Assembly (NCBI GenBank): GCA_050916045.1
Contig: CP051526.1
Location: 2,624,001-2,688,000, forward strand
Reading direction: 5' to 3'
DNA: 64,000 nt
DNA from: Tepidisphaera sp.
Lineage (GTDB): Bacteria > Planctomycetota > Phycisphaerae > Phycisphaerales > UBA1924
The notes below the pieces were generated by a model. It worked only from the letters and a program-made list of their open reading frames with translations. It did not search any database and was not told the origin of the DNA. A program made the position numbers and the translations under genes. This document shows positions 28,199 through 37,938 of this stretch, piece by piece. The stretch's first letter is position 1. Each line of letters starts with the position of its first letter.

Positions 28199-28896
28199 TG
28201 CCGCGAGCGATTGAGCCTGATGTTCGGATGACGTGGAACCATCTGCTTTTCCTTCACTGGAGGGTTGAGCCGGCGGAGATGCGGCGTCTGATCCCCGCGG
28301 AACTGGAAGTGGATGAGTTCGACGGTTCCGCGTGGGTGGGCTTGGTGCCGTTTCGGATGGAGGAGTCGAGGTTTCGCGGTGTGCCGCGGCTTCCGGGCCT
28401 GCGTGACTTTTACGAGTGCAACGTGCGGACGTATGTGCGTGGCGGGGGTCGGTCGGGCGTGTGGTTTTTCAGTCTGGATGCGGCGACGCTGCTTCCGGTG
28501 CTGGGCGGCCGCTGGCTTTGGAGCCTCAACTACGTGCACAGCCGGTTCGCGGTGACGCAGGACGCGGGCGTGACGGACTATCGCCTTGAGCGTGCTCTGG
28601 GGCCATGGCCGAGCGGTCGGACGCGGATCCGTTGGCGGGTGGGCGAAGCGGTGCCTGCGAGCGTGCCGGGGTCGCTGGATCACTTCCTGACGGAGCGGTA
28701 CTGGCTTTTCACCAAGCGGTTCGGGCGCGTGCTTGCGGGAGAGGTGAAGCACGCGCCGTGGTCGCTTCGTCGCGCGGAGGTGCTTGATCTCGATGACTCG
28801 CTGGTGCGTGCGGCGGGGCTGCGGGTGTCCGGCGAGCCGCTTGCTCTCGCTGGCGACCGGCTTGAGGTCGAGGGGTTCAAGCTTCGGGCGATTTAG
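28198..28896 (+). CDS. DUF2071/YqjF family protein
   Basis: W.HLLFLHW, AWVGLVPF, ECNVRTYV, GVWFFSLDA, FLTERY. Confidence 0.9.
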   Translation: MPRAIEPDVRMTWNHLLFLHWRVEPAEMRRLIPAELEVDEFDGSAWVGLVPFRMEESRFRGVPRLPGLRDFYECNVRTYVRGGGRSGVWFFSLDAATLLPVLGGRWLWSLNYVHSRFAVTQDAGVTDYRLERALGPWPSGRTRIRWRVGEAVPASVPGSLDHFLTERYWLFTKRFGRVLAGEVKHAPWSLRRAEVLDLDDSLVRAAGLRVSGEPLALAGDRLEVEGFKLRAI

Positions 28897-29614
28897 GTTT
28901 GGACGCGGCGGCGGACGGGGCTTTTGAGTCTCGGCATTCGCAAGCGGTGCCGAACTCGCGGCAGATTTCGTGGCTTTCGCAGCGAGCGCCGCGTGCTTTG
29001 CACTGGTAGCGGCCGTGCCAGATGAGCATGTGGGAGACATCCCCCCACCGCTCGCGTGGGAAGATCGCCATGAGGGTGCGTTCGATCATCGCGACGGTCG
29101 TGCCGGCGGGGACGAGGGCGAAGCGTGTGCTCAAGCGTTCGACGTGGGTGTCGACGGGGATGCCCATGTGGATGCCGAAAGCGTTGCCGAGGACGACGTT
29201 GGCGGTCTTTCGGGCGACGCCGCGGAGGGAGAGAAGCTCATCCATGGTGCGCGGGACCTGGCCGCCGAATCGCTCGACGATGGCAGACATGGCGGCGTGG
29301 ATGGCTTTGGCTTTGTTTCGGAAGAGGCCGATGGACTTGATGTGGGGCTCGATGTCGGCGGGTGTGGCGGCGGCGTAGTCGGGGGGCGTGGGAAAGGCTT
29401 TGAAGAGGCCTGGCGTGGCGCGGTTGACGCCGGCGTCGGTGGACTGTGCGGAGAGGATGGTGGCGATGAGGAGTTCGTGCGGCGTCTTGAAGTCGAGCTC
29501 GCAGCGGGCGTGCGACCAGTGCTTGTCGAGCGCGGCGAGAAGCTTGTCCGCACGCTTCTTTTTGGCGGGCGAGACGCGTGGGAGGTCGAAGGGAATGCCG
29601 GGGAGCTTGGGCAC
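28877..29614 (-). CDS. nth: Endonuclease III
   Basis: ELLIATILSAQSTD, GLFRNKAK, HhH motif LRGVARKTANVV, VDTHVERL. Confidence 0.94.
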   Translation of the reverse strand: MPKLPGIPFDLPRVSPAKKKRADKLLAALDKHWSHARCELDFKTPHELLIATILSAQSTDAGVNRATPGLFKAFPTPPDYAAATPADIEPHIKSIGLFRNKAKAIHAAMSAIVERFGGQVPRTMDELLSLRGVARKTANVVLGNAFGIHMGIPVDTHVERLSTRFALVPAGTTVAMIERTLMAIFPRERWGDVSHMLIWHGRYQCKARGARCESHEICREFGTACECRDSKAPSAAASKPKSPEA

Positions 29615-29652
29615 GCGTGAGCGTAGAACACGAAGCCGATCGCCGGCCAGGG

Positions 29653-31185
29653 TTAGCGCGGCACGACGAGGTAGACGACGGTCGAGATGAGCAGGATGGC
29701 GATGACGTTGAGGATAATGCCGGCTTTGGCCATGTGGGCGATACGGACGCGGCCGGTGGCGATCGCCATGGCGTTGGGGGGCGTGCCCATCGGCATCATG
29801 TAGGCGTAGCTTGCGGCGAGCGTGACGGGGAGCATGAGGGCGTAGGGGTGCATGCCGAGGGCGACGGCGGCGGAGTAGGCGACGGGAAGAAAGGTGGTCG
29901 CGATGGCGGTGTTGCTCGCGACCTCGGTGGCAAAGGTCACGACGGCGGTGACGGCGAGGATGATGACGAAGGGGTGGACACCCTTGAGGCCTTCGAAGAC
30001 GGAGCCGAGGTAGGTGTTGACTCCGGTCTGAGTCATGGCTTCGGCGAGGGAGAGGCCGCCGCCGAAGAGGACGAGGACGCCCCACTGGATGGAGTTGGCG
30101 GTGGGCCAGTCGAGCATGCGGGTGCGCTGTCCGGACGCGGTGCGTGCGGGCAGGAGGAAGAGCAGGATCGCCGCGGCGACGGCAACGCCTGCTTCGCTGA
30201 GCACGCGGTCGATGTCGGTTGCCTGCTTGAGAGCCGCGTTGATGGGGTCCATCGCGATCCACGCGGTGACGGCGAGGGCGAGCACGGCGAGCAGGACCTT
30301 CTGCGGCCCGGTCATGGGGCCCAGCTCCGCAAGTTCGCGTTCGATGGGCTCGCGGGCTCCGGCGGAAGCGGGGATCGTGGGCGGGAAGAACTTGATGAGG
30401 ACCAGCCAGGCGGCGGGCAGGTAGAGGGTCATGATCGGGACGCCGATCTTGAGGTATTCGAGGAAGGTGAGGCGTTCGGTGAGTTTGTCCGCGTCGAACA
30501 GGCTCTGGATGTTGGATTGGAGGATGATGTTGGGAGCGGTGCCGAAGAGGGTGCCGACGCCGCCGATGGTCGCGGCGTAGGCGATGCCGAGGATCATGGC
30601 GGTGGCGAAATTGTCGACGCCGCGGCGGATGGCCGGATCGGTGTCGGCGTGGCTCTCGCGCTCGATGATTCGGATGATGCCCATGCCGATGGGGAGCATC
30701 ATGACGCAGGTCGAAGTGTTGTTGACCCACATGGAGATGATGGCGGTCGCGACCATCGCGCCCAGGATGAGGAGGGGCGGCTTGACGCCGACGCGGAGGA
30801 GGACGTGGAGGGCGAAGCGGCGCGGGAGGCCCCAGCGCTCCATCGCGGCGCCGAGCATCATTCCGCCCATGAAGAAGAAGATGGTGGGGTCGGCGTAGGG
30901 GGCCGCCGCGGCTTTCATGGACATGAGGCCGGCGGCGGGGAACGCGACGAGGGGGAGCAGCGCGGTCGCTTCGAGCTCGACGGCTTCGGAAAGCCACCAG
31001 ATCGCCATCCACGCGGCAAAGCCGAGGGTGAGCCTGCCTGCGGCGGAGAGGTCGCCGGGGTCGGTGCCCGTGTGCACGAGCGTCCAGACCGCGACGGCGG
31101 CGGCGGGGCCGGCGAAGAGCGCGACGAGGCGCACCCACGACATCCCGCGGCTGAAAGTCCCGTCCTGCTGCACGTTTGGAGCCAT
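29653..31185 (-). CDS. SLC13/DASS sodium:dicarboxylate or sulfate symporter
   Basis: WWLSEAV, SMWVNNTST, GTAPN, WGVLVLFGGG, TEVASNTA, MMPMGTPPNA. Confidence 0.93.
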   Translation of the reverse strand: MAPNVQQDGTFSRGMSWVRLVALFAGPAAAVAVWTLVHTGTDPGDLSAAGRLTLGFAAWMAIWWLSEAVELEATALLPLVAFPAAGLMSMKAAAAPYADPTIFFFMGGMMLGAAMERWGLPRRFALHVLLRVGVKPPLLILGAMVATAIISMWVNNTSTCVMMLPIGMGIIRIIERESHADTDPAIRRGVDNFATAMILGIAYAATIGGVGTLFGTAPNIILQSNIQSLFDADKLTERLTFLEYLKIGVPIMTLYLPAAWLVLIKFFPPTIPASAGAREPIERELAELGPMTGPQKVLLAVLALAVTAWIAMDPINAALKQATDIDRVLSEAGVAVAAAILLFLLPARTASGQRTRMLDWPTANSIQWGVLVLFGGGLSLAEAMTQTGVNTYLGSVFEGLKGVHPFVIILAVTAVVTFATEVASNTAIATTFLPVAYSAAVALGMHPYALMLPVTLAASYAYMMPMGTPPNAMAIATGRVRIAHMAKAGIILNVIAILLISTVVYLVVPR

Positions 31186-31236
31186 ATGCGGGGCAGACTA
31201 TCCGCAGGCGGGGGCGATCGCAACCGTGGCAACGAC

Positions 31237-31265
31237 AAAGCCGGGGCCACCACGGGCCCCGGCTC
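31237..31265 (-). terminator. Probable intrinsic terminator
   Basis: GCCGGGGCC/GGCCCCGGC stem with a short T run on the minus strand. Confidence 0.6.
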
Positions 31266-31287
31266 TGCGATGCGTCTGGGTGTTCGA

Positions 31288-33456
31288 TCAGCAGCCGATC
31301 TCGAACGCGAGAACGAAAGCGTCATAGTCGAAGAAGTCGGTGAAGTCGTCGCCGTTGAAGTCCGCCGTCTTGCCGGGGGGGCAGCCGTTGCCCTCAAAGC
31401 AGGTCACGTACGCGTCGTAGTCGAAGAAATCGAGGAAGCCGTCTTCGTTGAAGTCCACCGGGCAGGGAGGCGCCGGCGGGGTCTGGTTCTCGAACGCGCC
31501 CATGTCGATGATCGGAGCCGGCCCGACGCCGGTGTCCGTCACCGCGCCGTCGAAGTTGCGGGTTTGCAGAACCATGTCGAGCGGCGTGAGCTCGTTGAAG
31601 ACGCCGTCGGCGTCGAGGTCCGCCCAGTCAAAGCCGACGAGGTTGTTGTTCGCCGCGTCGATCGCGGGCGAGGTGTCGGCGAGGCGGAGGTCATCGTCGA
31701 AGTCGCCGGCGATGTTGTTGGGGCCGTTGGCGTCGACGAAGAGCGGGTTGTCGCTTCGGTTGCCCGTGCCGAGCATCTCGGCGGGCTGATAGCCCTGGAT
31801 GACGTTGTAGTCGATGTCGAAAGCGGAAGCCGTGAAGGAGAGGTTCTGGTGGCGGATGGAACCGACGGTGCCGGTGTTGCCCCAGAGGATGCTGTTGTAG
31901 AGGTTGGGCTTGACGCCGTTGGTGTCCAAGCCGCCGACGCCGAGAGCTTGGTTCTGGGCGAAGGTGCAGTTGCGGATCCTGGCAATGGTCTCGTTGGGGC
32001 TCATCCAGCCGGCGAAGAGTCCGCCGCCCGAGCCGTCAGCGGCGTTGTTGCCGTTGAAGACGCAGCCCTGGATGGTCGAGTAGGTGTTGCCGATGTACGC
32101 GCCGCCGCCGAAGTTGTGGCAGACGTTGCGGGTGAACTCGCAGTTGATGAGGTAGAGCTCGGGGTTCTGGGCTCCTGTGGCACCCGCGTAGAAGAGGCCG
32201 CCGCCCGAACCGTCGACGGACTCGTTCTGATAGAACGTGCAGCGGTCGAAGATGGGTCCGACGCCGGCCGCGGCGTTGGGGGAGTTGATCGCGACGCCGC
32301 CGCCGTTCTCGAGCGAGTCGTTGTACGAGATGGTGAGGTTGCGGAAGGTCGCGGAGCAGACGACGCCGAGGATGCCGCCGCCGGCGTCGTGGGTGATGAC
32401 CTGGTTGGCGTTGCCGCTATGAATGCTGAACCCGTCGAGGACGGCGGTGCGGTTGGTGGTCGGCGCGGTGACGACGTGGAAGCTGTTGTCGGTCGCGACG
32501 CGGGGTGCGCCGATGTCGCCGGAGAGGACCGAGGGGTGCTCGCCGAGGACACGCTGAGAGATTGAGAGTTCATCGCCGGCGAAGCCGCCGTAGACGGCGA
32601 CGTTGTTCTTGAGGATGAAAGACCGGGTGCGGTCGCTCGTGGTGGTGGGCTTGTACTGGCCTTCGGCGACCCAGACCTGTCGGTAGACGCCGCCGGAAGC
32701 GGCGGCGGTGTCGATGGCTGTCTGGATGCTGCTCATGGCGTTGGCCCAGTTAAGGCCGGTCTGGGCCCCGGCTCCTCCCGGCACGACATGGAGCGTGTCG
32801 GAGAGGCGGACGACCTGCACACCGGCGAGAGCGGCTTTCGCGTGCGCAAGGCCGGCATCGCCGCGGACGGTGAGGGTGATCGTGTGGCTTCCCTGGGGCA
32901 CCACGACGTTGAACGTGTTGTAGTTGGTGCCCAGCGCGAAGAGGCTGGCGTTCGCGCCCTGGTTGAACTGCGACCCGATGAGCGCGCCGTCGAACTCGAC
33001 ATCCATGTTGACGCGGTAGAGCACCGCGTTTCCGTCACGATCGGTGTAGGTTGTCTGACCCGGGGCGAGCCCCGCGTAGACCCACAAGCGGTACGCGCCG
33101 GGATCAAGATCCTTGATCTCGACGGTGATCTCGCCTGCTCCTTCCGCCCACGCGACGTCGTCCATGACACGGGCGAAGTCACCGGCGCCGTACGTCCAGG
33201 TCCGCATCCCGCCCGAAGCCGAGTGGGTGATGGTGGCTTTGGATGTGACGCCGTTGAGCAGGCTGAGAGCTTGTGTCTGCGGAGCGGCGGCGGACTGGAA
33301 GGCGTTCCAGGTTCCGGCGACGCCGGCGGCCGCGCCGTAGGAGGCGAGGGGCGCGGCACGCCCGGCCGCGTTGAAGTCGATGTTGTAGCTTTGACCGAAA
33401 GCCGTCCCCGCCGTCGCCGCCAGTACGCCGCACGCCAGCACACGCTTCATCTTCAT
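31288..33456 (-). CDS. Secreted protein with parallel beta-helix (PMP-like GGG..FxxN) repeats and C-terminal GC-type dockerin
   Basis: Signal peptide; VWVAEGQY.P, YGGFAG, LSGDIG, SPAIDA..DMGAFE; tail CPVDFNEDGFLDFFDYD...ADFNGDDFTDFFDYD..FEIGC. Confidence 0.88.
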   Translation of the reverse strand: MKMKRVLACGVLAATAGTAFGQSYNIDFNAAGRAAPLASYGAAAGVAGTWNAFQSAAAPQTQALSLLNGVTSKATITHSASGGMRTWTYGAGDFARVMDDVAWAEGAGEITVEIKDLDPGAYRLWVYAGLAPGQTTYTDRDGNAVLYRVNMDVEFDGALIGSQFNQGANASLFALGTNYNTFNVVVPQGSHTITLTVRGDAGLAHAKAALAGVQVVRLSDTLHVVPGGAGAQTGLNWANAMSSIQTAIDTAAASGGVYRQVWVAEGQYKPTTTSDRTRSFILKNNVAVYGGFAGDELSISQRVLGEHPSVLSGDIGAPRVATDNSFHVVTAPTTNRTAVLDGFSIHSGNANQVITHDAGGGILGVVCSATFRNLTISYNDSLENGGGVAINSPNAAAGVGPIFDRCTFYQNESVDGSGGGLFYAGATGAQNPELYLINCEFTRNVCHNFGGGAYIGNTYSTIQGCVFNGNNAADGSGGGLFAGWMSPNETIARIRNCTFAQNQALGVGGLDTNGVKPNLYNSILWGNTGTVGSIRHQNLSFTASAFDIDYNVIQGYQPAEMLGTGNRSDNPLFVDANGPNNIAGDFDDDLRLADTSPAIDAANNNLVGFDWADLDADGVFNELTPLDMVLQTRNFDGAVTDTGVGPAPIIDMGAFENQTPPAPPCPVDFNEDGFLDFFDYDAYVTCFEGNGCPPGKTADFNGDDFTDFFDYDAFVLAFEIGC

Positions 33457-33586
33457 GCGAAACCTCTCAGTGCATGCGATCACCGAGCCCGCATCGCGGG
33501 CGATGGCGATCAGCCGTTGAATTGAGCACCCGCGGCACCGCGGAGTCGCCCTCCGCGGTTCAGTGCGGGACCGGGCTCGCAAAGAG

Positions 33587-34000
33587 CTAACGGGACTGCG
33601 GCGCGACTTCGGAAGAGCCGGGCCCGTCCTGCTTTGCGCGGGGGGCCTGCCGCCCGGAGAAGGAGACGGCGACGGCGGCGAGGACGAGAAGCATCGCGGC
33701 CCCGTCGCGCCACGAGGGGTTCTGCTTGGCGACGATGATCGCAAACGCGGTGAAGACCGCGAGGGTGATCGCTTCCTGGAGGATCTTGAGCTGCGGCAGG
33801 GTGAAGACCGCCGATCCGACGCGGTTGGCGGGGACCTGCAGGATGTACTCGGGCAGGGCGATAAGCCAGGAGACCGCGATGGCGGTGATCAGCCCCCAGG
33901 CTTGCTTCTTCTGGAGGTGGAAGTACCAGGCGAAGGTCATGAAGACGTTGGACGCGATCAGAAGCAGAACGGTCGTAAGCCAGGGTGGAAGATGGGGCAT
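33587..34000 (-). CDS. DMT family small membrane protein (DUF486-like)
   Basis: SNVFMTFAWY.HL, SW.IALPEY.LQVPANR, QLKILQEAITL. Confidence 0.9.
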   Translation of the reverse strand: MPHLPPWLTTVLLLIASNVFMTFAWYFHLQKKQAWGLITAIAVSWLIALPEYILQVPANRVGSAVFTLPQLKILQEAITLAVFTAFAIIVAKQNPSWRDGAAMLLVLAAVAVSFSGRQAPRAKQDGPGSSEVAPQSR

Positions 34001-34168
34001 GTCTCCAGAATATCGGGCAGGTCCGAGATCCGGCCTGATGGGGCTTCCAAGCCGCCCAGCCCCTTCGACCCGACCGGGCGGAACGTTTCGGCGAAGGGCG
34101 AGGGGCCGCCGGCTCCGGATTTCTTGGCACGCGCACGCACGGCGGTTACACTGCTTTCCGGAGAGACC

Positions 34169-35545
34169 ATGAAGCACGACACAAGGAAATCGGGGCCCGC
34201 CGGCGGCTTTTCACGGGTTGCAAGCCGGATCGCGCTCGCTTCGGCGGCCTTCCCCGGCGCGGCGGCTCTCGCCCAGATCGGGCCGGACCTGCAGGTCGGC
34301 GAGATTCACGAGATCTTGAGGTGGGGCTCGCGCGACGGGTATCAGGCGTACTCGGTGGGGACGATCGTCTGCAATCTGGGGGACATGATCGCCGACTGGA
34401 ACCGGTCGACGCCGGCGCACCCGGTGATCGCTCAGAATCTGTACCGGGTCAAGGACGGGCGTCTCGAGCAGATCGGCGTCTCGTGGATCAAGCACACGTT
34501 CAGTGCGGACATCGCGCCGGTGTGCACGACCTGCACAATCCCGCCGGGGTTCAACGGACAGCAACTCGGCGTCGGATGCGCGGATGCGTACTCGGCGGGG
34601 ATCAACGGCGAGCTTTGGACGCTTGGCCCGCGCGGTCCGATCCGTGCTTCGGACGGTGTTTTCCCGTATCCGGTCGATTTCACGGGGATTCCTTCGGCGA
34701 CGCCGACGATCGGCCGGCGCGTGCAGGTCGCGACGGGGGATGTGGATGCTTCGCTGAACGTCGGAGCCCGCTACTTCGCCGAGACGCAGTTCATTGCGGC
34801 GGACGAAGCGGCGTACGGCAACGGCGGTAACAGCGCCTCGTACCGCGAGTTCGCGGTTAACGCTTCCAACCTGAACATGACGCCCGCGGGGCCGACGCGT
34901 CGCACGCTTCCGGCGATCCATGCGTGGAAGGAAGTTGATCCGGAAGTCACGGTCTCTTCGGTGGAGGTTCCGGGCGATGGCGTGCTGCTTGTCGGTTCGC
35001 GAGCGACCCCGCTTGGCGACGGCCGGTGGCGGTATGTGTACAGCGTTCAGAATCTGACAAGCGACCGCGCTGTGGGCTCGTTCCGAGTGCCCCTTTCGCC
35101 GTGCGCAACCGCCACCGTCGGAGCCACAAGCTTGCCCCGGTACCACTCCGGTGAGCGTTGGGCGAACACGCCGTGGACCCACGCTTTGGAAGCCCGAGCA
35201 GTGACCTGGTCCGCTCCGGGGGCTTGGGAGACCTCTCCGGACACCTCGGCGCTGCGCTGGGGGACGGTCGCGACGGTGGAGTTCACGATCAACCGCCCGC
35301 CGACAACGGGCTTGGCCACGCTACGCCTGTTCGTTCCAGGATCACCTGAAGAGGTGGCGGTTTCGGCGATGGTGCCGGGCGGCTCGTCGGACTTCAACGG
35401 CGACGGCTTCGCAGACTTCTTCGACTACGACGGGTTCGTGGCCGCGTTTGAGCTTGGGGAAGCCGGGGCCGACTTCAACGGAGACGGATTCCTGGACTTC
35501 TTTGACTACGACGAGTTCGTGGCGGCGTTCGAGCTGGGGTGCTGA
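34169..35545 (+). CDS. Secreted hypothetical protein with C-terminal GC-type dockerin
   Basis: Signal peptide AAALAQ; HPVIAQNLYR..EQIGVSWIKH; tail DFNGDGFADFFDYD..ADFNGDGFLDFFDYD..FELGC. Confidence 0.88.
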   Translation: MKHDTRKSGPAGGFSRVASRIALASAAFPGAAALAQIGPDLQVGEIHEILRWGSRDGYQAYSVGTIVCNLGDMIADWNRSTPAHPVIAQNLYRVKDGRLEQIGVSWIKHTFSADIAPVCTTCTIPPGFNGQQLGVGCADAYSAGINGELWTLGPRGPIRASDGVFPYPVDFTGIPSATPTIGRRVQVATGDVDASLNVGARYFAETQFIAADEAAYGNGGNSASYREFAVNASNLNMTPAGPTRRTLPAIHAWKEVDPEVTVSSVEVPGDGVLLVGSRATPLGDGRWRYVYSVQNLTSDRAVGSFRVPLSPCATATVGATSLPRYHSGERWANTPWTHALEARAVTWSAPGAWETSPDTSALRWGTVATVEFTINRPPTTGLATLRLFVPGSPEEVAVSAMVPGGSSDFNGDGFADFFDYDGFVAAFELGEAGADFNGDGFLDFFDYDEFVAAFELGC

Positions 35546-35613
35546 GACACCTGTTCAGGGACCCAGATTTGTGTCGCATCCCCGCCATTTACGCGGAATG
35601 AACCAAAAAGTAC

Positions 35614-35841
35614 TTGAAAAGCCCTTTCATTGGTGACAAACTACGTAGGTGAAGGAATTTTCCTCACCAGTGCGCAGGAGCTGAGAGACAAGACATTTCT
35701 CAGAGACCGACGCAATGCCGGTGTCCGAACGAGTCGCCGGATGAAGAACGCTGACGGGTTCCCGAGAGAGGAGTCGGTTGGCTTGGCGTCTTTCGCATTG
35801 TGCGAGAACGCCGTTTCGAGTCTCAGATAGGGGAGATTTTT
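35614..35841 (+). promoter_or_regulatory. Candidate promoter and about 190 nt structured 5' leader
   Basis: TTGAAA-N17-CAAACT; hairpins at 35648-35668, 35681-35703 and 35785-35812; SD GGGAGA. Confidence 0.45.
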
Positions 35842-36786
35842 ATGATCCGTATCGCTTCCTCACTCCTTGTCGCCGCGATCGCTGGAACGGCTTTGGCCGG
35901 TCCCGGCGACGCCAACGACGCGTACATCTTCGGAGACGCCACCAACCAGGTCTACCAGATCACGTTGGCGGGCTCTGAGGTGATCAATCCTCGCACCGGC
36001 GGCCGTTTCTCGTCTCCGAGCGACGTTGGTCCGATCAACCCCTATCGCGCGACCTGGGGCGGCATCAACAACAACTTCTTCATCGGCGGCTTCGGCGGCC
36101 TGACGGAAGTCGACGGCAACACCGGCGCGTTCGTCAAGACGATCGGCACGGGCGCTTCGCTGGACGTGCAGGTGTCCTACACCGGCACCACGCTGTTCCG
36201 CGGCAGCGGCAACGGCATCGATGAGCACGACATTTCGACGGGCGCGTTCATCCGCACGCTGACGACCGGCGTGGGCGCCGGCGGCAACCACCTGATGAAG
36301 TCCCGCGGCAGCCTGCTCTACGTCTCTTCTTGGAACGGCACGGGGATCAACGTGTACGACCAGGTCACGGGCAACCTCGTGAACTCGATCACGGCCGCGC
36401 CCTTCGGCGTGCAGGCTCTTGAGTTTGACTCCAGCGGCAACTTCTACGCTTCCGCTCTGTACGAGGGCGCGGGCGTGGCCGGCGTCTGGAAGTATGACTT
36501 CGGCGCGGGCACCTGGGCGATGTTCGCCAACGCCGCGGCGAGCGGTGACGGCGGCGGCTACCCCGGTGGCCCCCACGGCTTTACCTTCGGCCGTGACGGC
36601 GACCTCTACATGGCCTACGCCAACGGCGACGTCGAAGTGTTCGACGGCCAGACCGGCGCTTGGCTCCGCCAGCTCGTTCGCGTGAACGACAAGCTGACGG
36701 ACATCCAGTTCAAGCCGGTCCCGACCCCGGGCGCTCTCGCCCTCGCCGGCCTCGCGGCTCTGGCTGCGGGTCGTCGTCGCCGCTAA
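35842..36786 (+). CDS. PEP-CTERM-type sorted secreted protein, likely a beta-propeller
   Basis: Signal peptide; PHGFTFGRDGDLY-type blades; tail VPTPGALALAGLAALAAGRRRR. Confidence 0.9.
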   Translation: MIRIASSLLVAAIAGTALAGPGDANDAYIFGDATNQVYQITLAGSEVINPRTGGRFSSPSDVGPINPYRATWGGINNNFFIGGFGGLTEVDGNTGAFVKTIGTGASLDVQVSYTGTTLFRGSGNGIDEHDISTGAFIRTLTTGVGAGGNHLMKSRGSLLYVSSWNGTGINVYDQVTGNLVNSITAAPFGVQALEFDSSGNFYASALYEGAGVAGVWKYDFGAGTWAMFANAAASGDGGGYPGGPHGFTFGRDGDLYMAYANGDVEVFDGQTGAWLRQLVRVNDKLTDIQFKPVPTPGALALAGLAALAAGRRRR

Positions 36787-36814
36787 GGCGATCTGTTTGA
36801 ATCGTTCTTCCGCG

Positions 36815-36848
36815 GAGGCCCGCACATCGTGCGGGCCTTCGTTTTTTT
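36815..36848 (+). terminator. Intrinsic terminator
   Basis: AGGCCCGCAC-ATC-GTGCGGGCCT followed closely by T7. Confidence 0.85.
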
Positions 36849-36873
36849 CCGCCCGTCAACGCTGCGGCGACGG

Positions 36874-37938
36874 TCACCTCTCGATGAGGCCGAGCGGGTC
36901 GAACCGTCGGACACCGCTCGCGTCGACCACGATCACCGCGACGCCGAACCGGCGCGCGAACGCCTCCGGTGACTCCTCCGTCAGGAACAGAGCCGTTGAA
37001 AGTGCATCGGCTCGCATCCCGCCCGTCAGCCCGCCCAGATCGCGAGCGATCACCGTCGCGGCCCGGATTCGCGCGGATCCAAGGCCGGTTTTGGGATCCA
37101 GAATGTGGGCGAATCGCCGACCCTCGATCTCGACCCACTGCGAAGCGTCTCCCGAGGTCGAGACGGCCGCGTTGCGAAGTCGGATCTCCTCCGGCAACGA
37201 TCGCTCGCCCCCGCCCGAACCCTCCCGGCCGGTCAGCACCGCCACGATCCAGCCGGCTTCGCCGGGGGGCGGGTCCCCCACTGCGACGTCACCCGCGAGC
37301 GCGACCATGCACCTGGTAAATCCAGCCCGCGTGAGCACCTCCACCGCACGCTGAGCCGCGTGTCCCTTGGCGATTGCTCCAAAGTCGATGCGGGTGCCGC
37401 GTTTGTTCAGGCGGACCTTGCCGTCCTCGCCGACCTGAACGGATTCCCACCCGACGGTCGCCGTCGCGGCTTTGAGGACGGATGCTTCGGGGAGCTTGCC
37501 CGCGCGACGGGTTTCTCGCCAGAGCTTGGTCGCGGCCCCGACGGTGACGTCAAAGTCGCCGCCGGTTGCACGCGAGATCTCAGTCGAAGCCCGGAGGATC
37601 CGGGCGAGGTCCTCGCTGACCGGGACCGCCTCGGTCATCGGCCCTTCTCGGGCGAGGTCGCAGAGTCTGGAAACCTCGCTCCTGGGCCGGTAGTCGCTGA
37701 AGATCTCCTCGAGACGGTTGATCTCGTCGAAAGCGAGGGCGGCGGCGTCCCGGGCGGCGGCCTGGGTGGGGGCGTAGAGGGTGACTTCGCTTCGGACGCC
37801 CATCTGCATCCGCTGGAATGAATACCGTTCCTGCACGGGCTGCGTCGGGGTGACGGCTTGGCACCCGCCAAGGACCGCCGACAGGCCCGCGGTCCAGGTT
37901 CCCGCTCCCAAGAGAATCACGATGATCCACGCTTTCAT
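36874..37938 (-). CDS. apbE: FAD:protein FMN transferase lipoprotein
   Basis: Lipobox [43 protein letters not shown]. Confidence 0.93.
   Translation of the reverse strand: MKAWIIVILLGAGTWTAGLSAVLGGCQAVTPTQPVQERYSFQRMQMGVRSEVTLYAPTQAAARDAAALAFDEINRLEEIFSDYRPRSEVSRLCDLAREGPMTEAVPVSEDLARILRASTEISRATGGDFDVTVGAATKLWRETRRAGKLPEASVLKAATATVGWESVQVGEDGKVRLNKRGTRIDFGAIAKGHAAQRAVEVLTRAGFTRCMVALAGDVAVGDPPPGEAGWIVAVLTGREGSGGGERSLPEEIRLRNAAVSTSGDASQWVEIEGRRFAHILDPKTGLGSARIRAATVIARDLGGLTGGMRADALSTALFLTEESPEAFARRFGVAVIVVDASGVRRFDPLGLIER

Noticed and set aside
34124..34140. Sigma-54 promoter (TTGGCACG...GC)
   Set aside because: GG-to-GC spacing is one base short and the TTGC element is absent
31288..35545. 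Similar dockerin-coding DNA as DGR template/variable repeats
   Set aside because: The similarity is explained by the shared protein motif; there is no reverse transcriptase and no non-coding template copy
35690..35770. c-di-GMP-I riboswitch (GACGCAATGCC...GGGTTCCCGA resemblance)
   Set aside because: The GGCAAA/GNRA-tetraloop P2 arm is not recognisable; an Rfam scan would be needed
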